Below are positions 35,583 through 44,214 of a DNA stretch of 44,648 nt, piece by piece. The notes under the pieces are model-generated. The model made no database searches. It was not told the DNA's origin and worked only from the letters and a program-made list of their open reading frames with translations. Source of the stretch: an uncultured Candidatus Saccharibacteria bacterium (GTDB lineage: Bacteria > Patescibacteriota > Minisyncoccia > Phycocordibacterales > XYD1-FULL-46-19); NCBI GenBank assembly GCA_964433715.1, contig CAYSSL010000001.1, positions 1 to 44,648 on the forward strand. Direction: 5' to 3'. Both the position numbers and the translations under genes were made by a program. The first letter of the stretch is position 1, and every line of letters starts with the position of its first letter.

Positions 35583-36082
35583 CCCCCAATCCGGTTGTTA
35601 AATAATCCCACTCGAGATTGATTGGAAAAAAACCTATTAAGTACTAAAAATAGCAGGCCGATGGAAAAAATAATCCCTGCTGGTATCGCGGCCAATCCAA
35701 AAACAATAGCTTCTCCTATCCCTTCCCCACCACAGCTGATGCGAGTAAGACAGCCCAAGAAAGGAATGGAACCTATGAGCAGAATTATTGTGGATGAAAA
35801 ATGCAACCACAAAGCGATATTTTGCATTTTAGTAACCACGCTCTTCTCTATTGACTTGCGTAAATAAAAAATTCCGACTGGAAAAACCAGAAGCAAAATA
35901 GCCAACGAAGGCAAAATTCCTGAAACCAACCAGCGGTTAGCTATTTCGCCCGATGTCGTTCCTGACTGAAAGCTAAGATTCATGACACCCTGGCGAGTGT
36001 CCATCATGAACCCCGATACAACGAAAAGTGATATAACAATAATGAATACCCCCACTAATAGCATTAGTACTGACTTTTTCAT
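35579..36082 (-). CDS. hypothetical 4-5 TM membrane protein, translationally coupled to the nuclease gene
   Basis: 167-aa hydrophobic ORF. Its stop overlaps the nuclease ATG by 4 nt (35579-35582). Confidence 0.6.
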   Translation of the reverse strand: MKKSVLMLLVGVFIIVISLFVVSGFMMDTRQGVMNLSFQSGTTSGEIANRWLVSGILPSLAILLLVFPVGIFYLRKSIEKSVVTKMQNIALWLHFSSTIILLIGSIPFLGCLTRISCGGEGIGEAIVFGLAAIPAGIIFSIGLLFLVLNRFFSNQSRVGLFNNRIGG

Positions 36083-36138
36083 AAATTTAGTAAGTTATTA
36101 ATCTATCTGCTTTTAATTATACTATTTAAAACCAAAAC

Positions 36139-36189
36139 AAAAAACGCGGGCTAGATTTGAAGGCGTATACACCTTCAAATCTAGCCCGC
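36139..36189 (-). terminator. strong terminator after the 32-aa ORF
   Basis: gcgggctagatttgaagg (36146-36163) pairs with ccttcaaatctagcccgc (36172-36189), an 18-bp stem. It is followed on the minus transcript by U6. Confidence 0.8.
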
Positions 36190-36193
36190 CTCA

Positions 36194-36292
36194 TCACCAT
36201 TCTTTATTCCGGCCACAAAAGGCAATCACTCCTGCCAAAAACACCGACCCCCACAACAGGAGGTTCACAATCATCGCTCCTTTGTCCATCAT
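36194..36292 (-). CDS. 32-aa hydrophobic peptide (not in the ORF track)
   Basis: Encodes MMDKGAMIVNLLLWGSVFLAGVIAFCGRNKEW. The SD AAGGAGG lies 8 nt upstream. The promoter reads TTGTAT-17-TACTAT on the minus strand (36324-36352). A strong terminator follows immediately. Confidence 0.55.
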   Translation of the reverse strand: MMDKGAMIVNLLLWGSVFLAGVIAFCGRNKEW

Positions 36293-36424
36293 GAGATTTT
36301 CCTCCTTTTTCTATCCTGTGACCATAGTACAAAAATTAGTGTTAAGATACAATCATGAATCTAAAAAGGCTTGGACTAATAATTTTAGTTATCACAACTG
36401 AGAAAATTATATAAGTCCACAAAA

Positions 36425-36727
36425 TCATTGACCCCCACAATTTTTAGTAATCAATCTACTGTTTTGAAATTGAAAACTAATCCCCGCTTCTGTTTGTATG
36501 CCTCCGGCAAGGTAAAGTAATTTTATCGTGTTATCCTCCCGCCTTTCAGAAGCTGGCTTACCCATTATTTTTACAACTTCATCATAAGTCATTTTGATCT
36601 GCACTAAATCACAATTTTTATATACCTGTCGATTGGGTTCTGAAAAAAGGTAAGGATTAATCACAACCATCACAATAATTATTAAGAGTGATATGGTTAA
36701 AATAAATAACAAAAATATTTTTTTCAT
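36425..36727 (-). CDS. small membrane-anchored protein, candidate immunity partner of the RHS toxin
   Basis: 100 aa with an N-terminal TM/signal anchor and a BamE/SmpA-like block (MTYDEVVKIMGKP). It begins 23 nt downstream of the RHS stop on the same strand and is very AT-rich. The immunity role is inferred from position only. Confidence 0.6.
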   Translation of the reverse strand: MKKIFLLFILTISLLIIIVMVVINPYLFSEPNRQVYKNCDLVQIKMTYDEVVKIMGKPASERREDNTIKLLYLAGGIQTEAGISFQFQNSRLITKNCGGQ

Positions 36728-36750
36728 ATTAGGTTTAAAAAAATTATATT

Positions 36751-39700
36751 TTATCTACTTTTTAATGTATTTAGTGCTTTTGAAAATTTAGCAAAAACGC
36801 CCCGAAAAGCATGCGATGTACTTTGAAGTTTTCCTAAAAATGCCTGGTGTCCCTGTTGTCCAGCATAACTACTGATTGTACTATACCCAATCGAAACAGC
36901 TTGGCCGTCTGCTTTGATGTAATTATTAGGGATCGGTTTACCATATCCGGGATCAACCCCTCTTGCGTTGCCATTCCAAGGAAGTCGTGCTCCAGAGTTA
37001 ATAATAAGACTACTAACAAAATTATTTGAATTGTAACCTTTTCTGGCAAAGGCATCATATTTTGCATTATCTCCATACCTATCATACTGATCCATAATAT
37101 TATTTATAAACGCCGTGTCTGAAAGCCCATCCGGTCTTTGTATTTCAGACCTTTGTTTTAAATATCCAATCTGCGGGGAAACAGAATACCCATTATCAAC
37201 CACAGAACGGTCAGACGGAGCATCAATTGCTCTTTCTAAATTTCCATTATTTCCCGAGTAAGCACCAACTGTCCAATTACTTGGCATTGTTTTAAAATTA
37301 GAAAGATCATCTGGTGTCACCAACAGAAAGACGTGCGTCCCGATCGATTTTTTTTCTATGGCTTTTGAAAATATTTCCACCTTCTCTCCAGTTGGATCAA
37401 ATAAAATCAGCGGATTATTCCTCCCATAACTGTAAAAATTAAACTGCTGTGGGTCCTTAAGGAATTGTTCGGGATTATCTCTTGACGCAGGATCTTGAGA
37501 TATCCATCTTCCAACATCTTGATTATAATATCTAGCTCCAGCATACGTTAGATTAGACCCTCGATCAAATTCATGTCCGGTAAATTTGTGAATTTCGTCA
37601 TTAATTAATGATTGATCAATTTTTAGTGAACCATATGGGTAATAGTCCAAAGTTTGAACTACTGATCCACTACCGTTCGTGACTAGATTTGTAGAATTAA
37701 GATGGTCAGTATGAACATAATAAGGAGTGGTAGTGCTGTTTTGGGTGTGGAGGGTGGCGACCAGCCGATCATCAGCGTAGATATGTTTATCAATTGTGGT
37801 ACCACCAGTCAGATCGTAATAGGGCGAGATATAGAGTGTTTTGGGACCACCAATACTTTGCTGAGAAATACGTGTCCCTTCGTTGTCATATTCATAAGTG
37901 GTAGTAGTGGCACCGGTCACACTTTTTATTAACCGATTATTATAATCCCAAGTATAAGTAGCACTAGGAGCGGTCAACATATTGCCGTTTTTGTCGTATG
38001 TGTAAGTAGAAGAAGCAATAGAGGTTGCCGCTTGGGGAGAAGTATAATCGACAGCACTATAACCATAGACACCAGCTGGCCCCTTTAAAATATTACCAGT
38101 TGGGCCATAAATAAAATCTTGAGAATATAAAGTTGAGCTGGCGCTCACCGCCACAGCTTTGGTCAAACGATAAAGGTCGTCATAAGTGTAGGAAACAGTC
38201 TTGGCTAATAGATTAGGAGAGGTATCAATGATTTTAGTAATATTACCAACTGGATCATATTCATAATTAACTAATTGATAATTGACATTATCTTTTTTGG
38301 TCATTTTCGTCTGCAGCCGATAACTTTTAGCTTGATCAAAGATAAACATATTTTTTATACCGTCAGCATTTTGTTGATAAACTGAAAGGCCGTGTGGTCC
38401 ATAATCAAAATTAGACACAATTGGTATAATTGCGGAACTATTAAACACATCGCGACGTGATACTTTTTCTACTTTTCCCGCTCTATTATATTTATATAAA
38501 ATTTCACTATTATCAGGTAAACGAAGCGATATTATATTACCAGCCAAATCGTAGGCATTTACCGTAGTATAGGAAGAAAGGTTATAAATTTTCTTGTCCA
38601 CCCGCACTTCACCTCGTGGAGTATATTCATAATATTTTGACAGACCAACAATTGCCACCTTACACAACCGCCCGACGCCATTGATACAATTATCATAAGT
38701 ATATCTTACTTCTGGATTAGTTTGACCAGTGTAATCTTCTATCAATGGTCGATTTAAACCATCATAGAAATAATTTACCGTCTGACCAAGCGGGTCTTTT
38801 CGCGACACCAAATTACTATTATCATCGTAAGAGTAAGACCAAATACCAAAAGTCGTATCGGCAGCTTGATGTAAGTCTTGAGCCGACAAACGCCGACCAA
38901 GATTGTCATAAGTAAAATCACGAAGATTATTTAAGGCATCAATTATCCTGATTAAATTTCCACTAGAATTGTAATAATATCTAGTGTGGTAAAAACCATT
39001 GCCATATTTTTCATCAACCAAAATCAGTCGACCATAAGCATCGCGTCCATATTTTTTTATTTTACCCAGAGGGTCAGTAACAGTTGTCACCCAATCGGTA
39101 TAATCATAATTAGTTGATCCAAAAATATTAGTGCTTGATTTAGGTCGACCTAGAGCATCATATGTATACTCAGTCTGAAGACTAGTCGGAATAGACTCCT
39201 GTAGATAGTTAGATCCCCCACTAGGATATGGCAATGAATTAGAACTAATCTGGCCTTGGCTATTATAAGAAATCACAGATACTGCATATTCATTAGCATT
39301 TTCCATGCTGTGTCGTTCTTGTATTGGGCGACCAAGCCCATCAAAATAACTGTAGATCTCGGTAAATAAATCGGGGAGTAAAAATTTCTTGACCCGTACC
39401 AATCGGGGCATAATGTCGTCCCGATAAGATGTTTCTTCCGTCACCACCGCGGGGGCCGAACCAGCCTGCTCCTTTTCAGTCAAAACCCGCCCTAAACCAT
39501 CATAAATTTTTATTTTAGAAAAATTATTAGGATCAGTTTCTTTAGTTGGTTGCCCAATAACATAGTTATATTCAAACAAATTTGTTTGACCGAGAGGATT
39601 AATAATTTTGATGGGGTATAAATAAAATTCATCATATAAATAAGTGCTGGCGTAACCACGCCCATCGGCGGTTTTTTCTACTAATCCCAAATTGTTGTAA

Positions 39701-42700
39701 ATATTAGTATTGGTTATCCATTTGTTGCTACCAACCCAGCTTTCAATTTTTGTTAGATTACCTTTTTGGACCGATCCGATAGCTTGATTGTCATAATAAT
39801 ATTTTTTGACAGCGACGTTGGCATTGTTATTATTTCTAAACTCCTCCATCCGCACCAAACCCAAGATATTAGCTGACATATTAAAAGCATAACTTAAAAT
39901 TTTAGTGGTCTTGTCGGAGCCAATATCGTTAAAATTTCCATCATCACTAGCCACAACTTCACCATAGTTTTCAGTGCGCGTTATATTACCAAAATTATCA
40001 TAAGTATAGGCCTCGGCCACATCGCGGTGACCAGCGTCACCGTCATAAGTCATTGTTAGACTATTTAATAATGGGACGAAAGACCTCTCATAACTCGCCT
40101 CAGCTGGCAAAACTACTCGATCCCAGCGATTAATGGTTTTTTCATACAGTAAACCGTTATTGCCATATTTTTCTATCCGATACAATCGCCCAATCTTCGC
40201 CTCATGATCAACATACTCCCCCAAGGTAGACGCAGAATCATTGCCCTGATGATAATAATTATTAGTAATATTACCAACCGAATCTTTTTTAACAACTTTT
40301 CCAAAACCAGCAAATTTTCTATTAAAAGAATCTCCAAAATAGTAATCGCCATCTTCATAAAAATACTCGTTAACAGCTTCATTGCCCAAACCGTCATCTT
40401 GGATAATTTTAAAAACAGTGTCAACAATCAACGGCAAAGATGGGTTAGCCAACTTTCCGTTTATCCAATACTGTGTGCTCGGTTTATATTTTATCTCTAT
40501 CCGAGCGCCGTCACTAGTCTTTACCTCAGATAAAAAATCAGATTTCTGGCCGTCTCTAATTTGAGCGACATGATATATGTCTCCACCAGAAGTATAACTA
40601 GCAATCAGATCATCTAGACCATCGCCGTTTAAATTTACTACCCGCAAACCAGAGTCGGAAAAATCATTATAACTAAAGCGTTCTGGTATATCCCACCCTT
40701 CGCTTTGTACCCAACCAGAACCAGTATTTAAAAAAACACTGGTGCCTCGATAAACACCTTCACCGGCAACAGATTTCAGTAAGTCAATCAGACCGTCGCC
40801 GTTTAAGTCCAGAAACCTAGCTCCATAATCGGCATAATTTAAATCACCATAATCAGGGTGGTTAGTAAAAGGGATTACTGGCTCCCAATTTCTATTTTCA
40901 GTCCACCTTAAACCACTATTTAACAAAATTTTACTTCTTATTTCATCATAGAAACGAGATGAGCTAATAAAATCAGACAAACCGTCACTATTGAGGTCAA
41001 CCAATCTTGTTCCGGTGTCGCGACCATAAGATATAAAAGGTGTAGCGGCAGATGCAGCCGAGGCAATACTCCAATTCCCTCCTGTATTCAAATGAATACT
41101 AGAAGAATACGGTTCTTTTCCTCTCACAATATCAACCAAGCCATCGCCATTCATATCTGCCCACCTCACCCCATAATCTGTGCCAATATCAAAAGAAGAC
41201 AATATTCCAGTCATCGTCACCGGCAAGCTCGGTTCAGCCATAGAGTTAAACGAGCCTTGGTTATTAACAAATTGACCCGCTTCTATTTTACTTCCACCAT
41301 TAATTGGACCACGTTTATAAAACAAATCACTCAATAAATCACCATTGAAATCCACCGGCTTTAGACCCACATCTATACCATTCTGTACAAAACCCTCAGG
41401 CATAAACATATATCGACCCCGTTCCGGCCAACCAGTGCCAGTATTTGAATAAGCAAAATAATTACCGTCAATTTTATTGCCACCAGCATACAAATCATCA
41501 TAACCGTCGCCGTTTAAATCAAAAAACCTAACACCAACATCGGCGCTATTTGCCGGATCAATCATACTAACTACTGGCCACCAGTTTTTATCTTCATGCC
41601 AAGTTTTTGTAGTGCTGGTATAGGAAAATGTTGTTGGGACTTTTTCTGTCCACAAACCAGTATCAGATAAACCTCTTTCGTGTATAGAATACAACAGAGA
41701 ACGTACCCCATTATCGCCGGAAATATAATCAAATAAATATTCTTTTACAAATATATTATTATCTAAAATTTTAATTGATTTAAGGCGCTTAATCGTCTTA
41801 ATTTCAAAAGCACTAGCATAGCTAGTGTAATGATCCGGCCGATCTTCCCAAATGAATACAACTTTAAATCGAGCGGGAGCATCTTGATGAATTGTATATA
41901 TTATTTCTTTGGGATAAATTTGTCCGCCGTCTTTTTCATAAGAAAAAGATATTGTATTGCCGTTTAAATCTTTAATTTCCTCTAAATACCAGCGATAAAC
42001 CTGAGCACTATCATCTATATTTTCCTGACGACTTGATAGAGTTTGGCCAAAAAAATAACGTCGACCCAGCTTATCAAACATAATCCAACCTTCATCACCT
42101 TTAATATATTTCCTAAATTCTCCCCCTTCTATTTTTGCTTGATATTCATTGTCTGAAACTCTAACCAACTCATCATCATAAGAAGAATTAAATATCTTAT
42201 CTTGATACATTCTCTCCACCCCCTTTTTATTTAATACGCCAATATAAGGAACAGACAACGACCAACCATAACCAGCCCAGTTGGCATTATCTCGATCATT
42301 ACTATTATAAGAAATCAGCAAACTAGGAGTGAGACCACTGCGACCAGCTGGTACAGCAAGATTATATTCATAATTAAGAGATCCCATAGATTCATTTACC
42401 TTTAACTGCCCAAGCGGCGGCGTAACTTCTTTAGTGGCAGTATTAATTCTCAGCAAATCATTACTGTTAGATTTTAACTCATCCTTAATATCCTCATTTT
42501 GGGTTTCTGACTCAAAAACAGATTGATCTTCCGTATCCAGCGGTACATCATTATCACTTTTTTGATCATTTATATCAGTATTAGGTACATCTCCTTCTGC
42601 TAAGTCAGTATCGCTGATTTCTTCAGCCAAAACCAAAGCTAGCGGTAAACCAAAGCCCAAACAAAAAGCCAGCAATACTAATGCTAGCTTTCGGAAAATT

Positions 42701-42744
42701 GGTCCCGAGAGACCCATATTTTGTATATTCACCCAATAAGTCAT
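36751..42744 (-). CDS. SpvB / FG-GAP(VCBS) / RHS-repeat polymorphic toxin (Tc-toxin BC-like) with unrecognised C-terminal domain
   Basis: 1997 aa with a signal/TM helix and an SpvB-like block (GSLNYEYNLAVPAGRSGLTPSLLISYNS). At least six xDxNGDGxxDx FG-GAP-type repeats and many YD repeats (YxYDxxGRL) are present. The RHS core (HTDHLNST..YYPYGS) ends in LFDPTGE, followed by a 209-aa tail. Confidence 0.9.
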   Translation of the reverse strand: MTYWVNIQNMGLSGPIFRKLALVLLAFCLGFGLPLALVLAEEISDTDLAEGDVPNTDINDQKSDNDVPLDTEDQSVFESETQNEDIKDELKSNSNDLLRINTATKEVTPPLGQLKVNESMGSLNYEYNLAVPAGRSGLTPSLLISYNSNDRDNANWAGYGWSLSVPYIGVLNKKGVERMYQDKIFNSSYDDELVRVSDNEYQAKIEGGEFRKYIKGDEGWIMFDKLGRRYFFGQTLSSRQENIDDSAQVYRWYLEEIKDLNGNTISFSYEKDGGQIYPKEIIYTIHQDAPARFKVVFIWEDRPDHYTSYASAFEIKTIKRLKSIKILDNNIFVKEYLFDYISGDNGVRSLLYSIHERGLSDTGLWTEKVPTTFSYTSTTKTWHEDKNWWPVVSMIDPANSADVGVRFFDLNGDGYDDLYAGGNKIDGNYFAYSNTGTGWPERGRYMFMPEGFVQNGIDVGLKPVDFNGDLLSDLFYKRGPINGGSKIEAGQFVNNQGSFNSMAEPSLPVTMTGILSSFDIGTDYGVRWADMNGDGLVDIVRGKEPYSSSIHLNTGGNWSIASAASAATPFISYGRDTGTRLVDLNSDGLSDFISSSRFYDEIRSKILLNSGLRWTENRNWEPVIPFTNHPDYGDLNYADYGARFLDLNGDGLIDLLKSVAGEGVYRGTSVFLNTGSGWVQSEGWDIPERFSYNDFSDSGLRVVNLNGDGLDDLIASYTSGGDIYHVAQIRDGQKSDFLSEVKTSDGARIEIKYKPSTQYWINGKLANPSLPLIVDTVFKIIQDDGLGNEAVNEYFYEDGDYYFGDSFNRKFAGFGKVVKKDSVGNITNNYYHQGNDSASTLGEYVDHEAKIGRLYRIEKYGNNGLLYEKTINRWDRVVLPAEASYERSFVPLLNSLTMTYDGDAGHRDVAEAYTYDNFGNITRTENYGEVVASDDGNFNDIGSDKTTKILSYAFNMSANILGLVRMEEFRNNNNANVAVKKYYYDNQAIGSVQKGNLTKIESWVGSNKWITNTNIYNNLGLVEKTADGRGYASTYLYDEFYLYPIKIINPLGQTNLFEYNYVIGQPTKETDPNNFSKIKIYDGLGRVLTEKEQAGSAPAVVTEETSYRDDIMPRLVRVKKFLLPDLFTEIYSYFDGLGRPIQERHSMENANEYAVSVISYNSQGQISSNSLPYPSGGSNYLQESIPTSLQTEYTYDALGRPKSSTNIFGSTNYDYTDWVTTVTDPLGKIKKYGRDAYGRLILVDEKYGNGFYHTRYYYNSSGNLIRIIDALNNLRDFTYDNLGRRLSAQDLHQAADTTFGIWSYSYDDNSNLVSRKDPLGQTVNYFYDGLNRPLIEDYTGQTNPEVRYTYDNCINGVGRLCKVAIVGLSKYYEYTPRGEVRVDKKIYNLSSYTTVNAYDLAGNIISLRLPDNSEILYKYNRAGKVEKVSRRDVFNSSAIIPIVSNFDYGPHGLSVYQQNADGIKNMFIFDQAKSYRLQTKMTKKDNVNYQLVNYEYDPVGNITKIIDTSPNLLAKTVSYTYDDLYRLTKAVAVSASSTLYSQDFIYGPTGNILKGPAGVYGYSAVDYTSPQAATSIASSTYTYDKNGNMLTAPSATYTWDYNNRLIKSVTGATTTTYEYDNEGTRISQQSIGGPKTLYISPYYDLTGGTTIDKHIYADDRLVATLHTQNSTTTPYYVHTDHLNSTNLVTNGSGSVVQTLDYYPYGSLKIDQSLINDEIHKFTGHEFDRGSNLTYAGARYYNQDVGRWISQDPASRDNPEQFLKDPQQFNFYSYGRNNPLILFDPTGEKVEIFSKAIEKKSIGTHVFLLVTPDDLSNFKTMPSNWTVGAYSGNNGNLERAIDAPSDRSVVDNGYSVSPQIGYLKQRSEIQRPDGLSDTAFINNIMDQYDRYGDNAKYDAFARKGYNSNNFVSSLIINSGARLPWNGNARGVDPGYGKPIPNNYIKADGQAVSIGYSTISSYAGQQGHQAFLGKLQSTSHAFRGVFAKFSKALNTLKSR

Positions 42745-42894
42745 ACTTAATAACCTTTATACATTACCTCAAGAAAAAGGCAACTACTAAGACACCTGCA
42801 CCCCAAAAGGGTTAGATAATATTACCAATCAAACCTATCTTTAAAAATCGACAGATACGACTCACTAGATTATAAAAATTATCAGATTTTAAAT

Positions 42895-43899
42895 TTATTT
42901 TTTCCGTCCGATCACTTTTTTTACTGCGCCCACAATATCTTTTACCCCTAGGCCATAATGCTCCAAAAGTTCAGTCGGATCTCCCGACTGACCGTACTTG
43001 TCTTGGACGCCTAAAAACTCGATCGGTACGGGAAAGTTTTTGGCGAGGGTTTCCGCTACCGCACCTCCCATCCCACCGGACACTTGGTGCTCTTCCACTG
43101 TCACCACCGCGCCCGAGTTGGCGGCCACGCGGTGAATAGTTTCCGCGTCGAGCGGTTTGATCGTATGCAAATTGGTCACCGATACTTTTATTCCCTCGGC
43201 CTCTAGCTGGCGCGCCGCCATGAGAGCATAGTAGACCATCTGCCCACAAGCAATAACCGCCACCTCGGCCTGGTCGGGGTCTACCAACACATTGGCTTTG
43301 CCAATCTCAAACGGCGAATTGGCGGTCGTCACCACCGCCGACTTGTTGCGCGCCAGCCGTATATAACTAGGCTTGCCATTGTCCGCTATGATGAGCGTCG
43401 CCTTTTTCGCTTCCACACTGTCGCACGGCACCACCACGACCATGTTGGGTAAAACCCGCATCAGCGCGATGTCTTCAAGCATTTGGTGGGTGCCACCGTC
43501 GGGCCCGACCGAGATACCAGCGTGCGCCCCCACAATTTTTACCGGCATATCATTGTAAGTAATAGTGGTGCGAATCTGTTCCCAATTGCGCCCCGGTGAA
43601 AAACAGGCGTACGAGGCAGTGAAAGGAATTTTACCCATCGCGGCAAGGCCCGACGCCACCGTGACCAAGTTTTGCTCGGCCACCCCCATTTCCACAAATC
43701 TTTCGGGAAATTGTTTGGCAAATTTTTCAATGCGGGTGGACTCTATCAAATCGGCACACAAAGCCACCACTTGGTCATTTTTCTCCCCCGCTTCCACGAG
43801 CCCCTGCCCAAAGCCATCACGAATAGGGACCTGCTCCACATTGAGGTCAAAAAGTTTGGGGTTTAGTTTTTGTTGAATATTTAACATTTTTATTCCCAA
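42895..43899 (-). CDS. transketolase, C-terminal (pyrimidine-binding plus C-terminal domain) subunit
   Basis: 334 aa with typical blocks (RDGFGQGL, ERFVEMGVAEQN, GPDGGTHQ). Confidence 0.9.
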   Translation of the reverse strand: MGIKMLNIQQKLNPKLFDLNVEQVPIRDGFGQGLVEAGEKNDQVVALCADLIESTRIEKFAKQFPERFVEMGVAEQNLVTVASGLAAMGKIPFTASYACFSPGRNWEQIRTTITYNDMPVKIVGAHAGISVGPDGGTHQMLEDIALMRVLPNMVVVVPCDSVEAKKATLIIADNGKPSYIRLARNKSAVVTTANSPFEIGKANVLVDPDQAEVAVIACGQMVYYALMAARQLEAEGIKVSVTNLHTIKPLDAETIHRVAANSGAVVTVEEHQVSGGMGGAVAETLAKNFPVPIEFLGVQDKYGQSGDPTELLEHYGLGVKDIVGAVKKVIGRKK

Positions 43900-44205
43900 T
43901 TACCCGTGAAATCCGACATACCCGTATATAAGCAGAAATAGAAACGCAGCGATAGCTAGTAATGTACCGAGTAGAAAAGTAAGCAATATTGCTTTTAAAT
44001 GACTTCCTCCTTCTTTTAGTATTCCCTTATATATAAAAGATAACATAAAAAGGTAAATAACTATCCCAATAAGCCAATCCATTGAAAACCAATAACTATT
44101 ACTCCCGCTCAAAAAGATATATTGGAATATATAAATTGAAACAAAGATAATAAAAAACTTGAATGGGGTTGAAGTATTAGCTAACCAATTTTTAAAAGAC
44201 GACAT
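43900..44205 (-). CDS. AT-rich 3-TM membrane protein inserted between the transketolase halves
   Basis: 101-aa hydrophobic ORF. Its stop abuts the tkt-C ATG with no gap, and its start is 9 nt after the tkt-N stop. G+C is 16/60 at 43981-44040 versus 33/60 at 43441-43500 by hand count. Confidence 0.55.
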   Translation of the reverse strand: MSSFKNWLANTSTPFKFFIIFVSIYIFQYIFLSGSNSYWFSMDWLIGIVIYLFMLSFIYKGILKEGGSHLKAILLTFLLGTLLAIAAFLFLLIYGYVGFHG

Positions 44206-44214
44206 ACTTTATTA

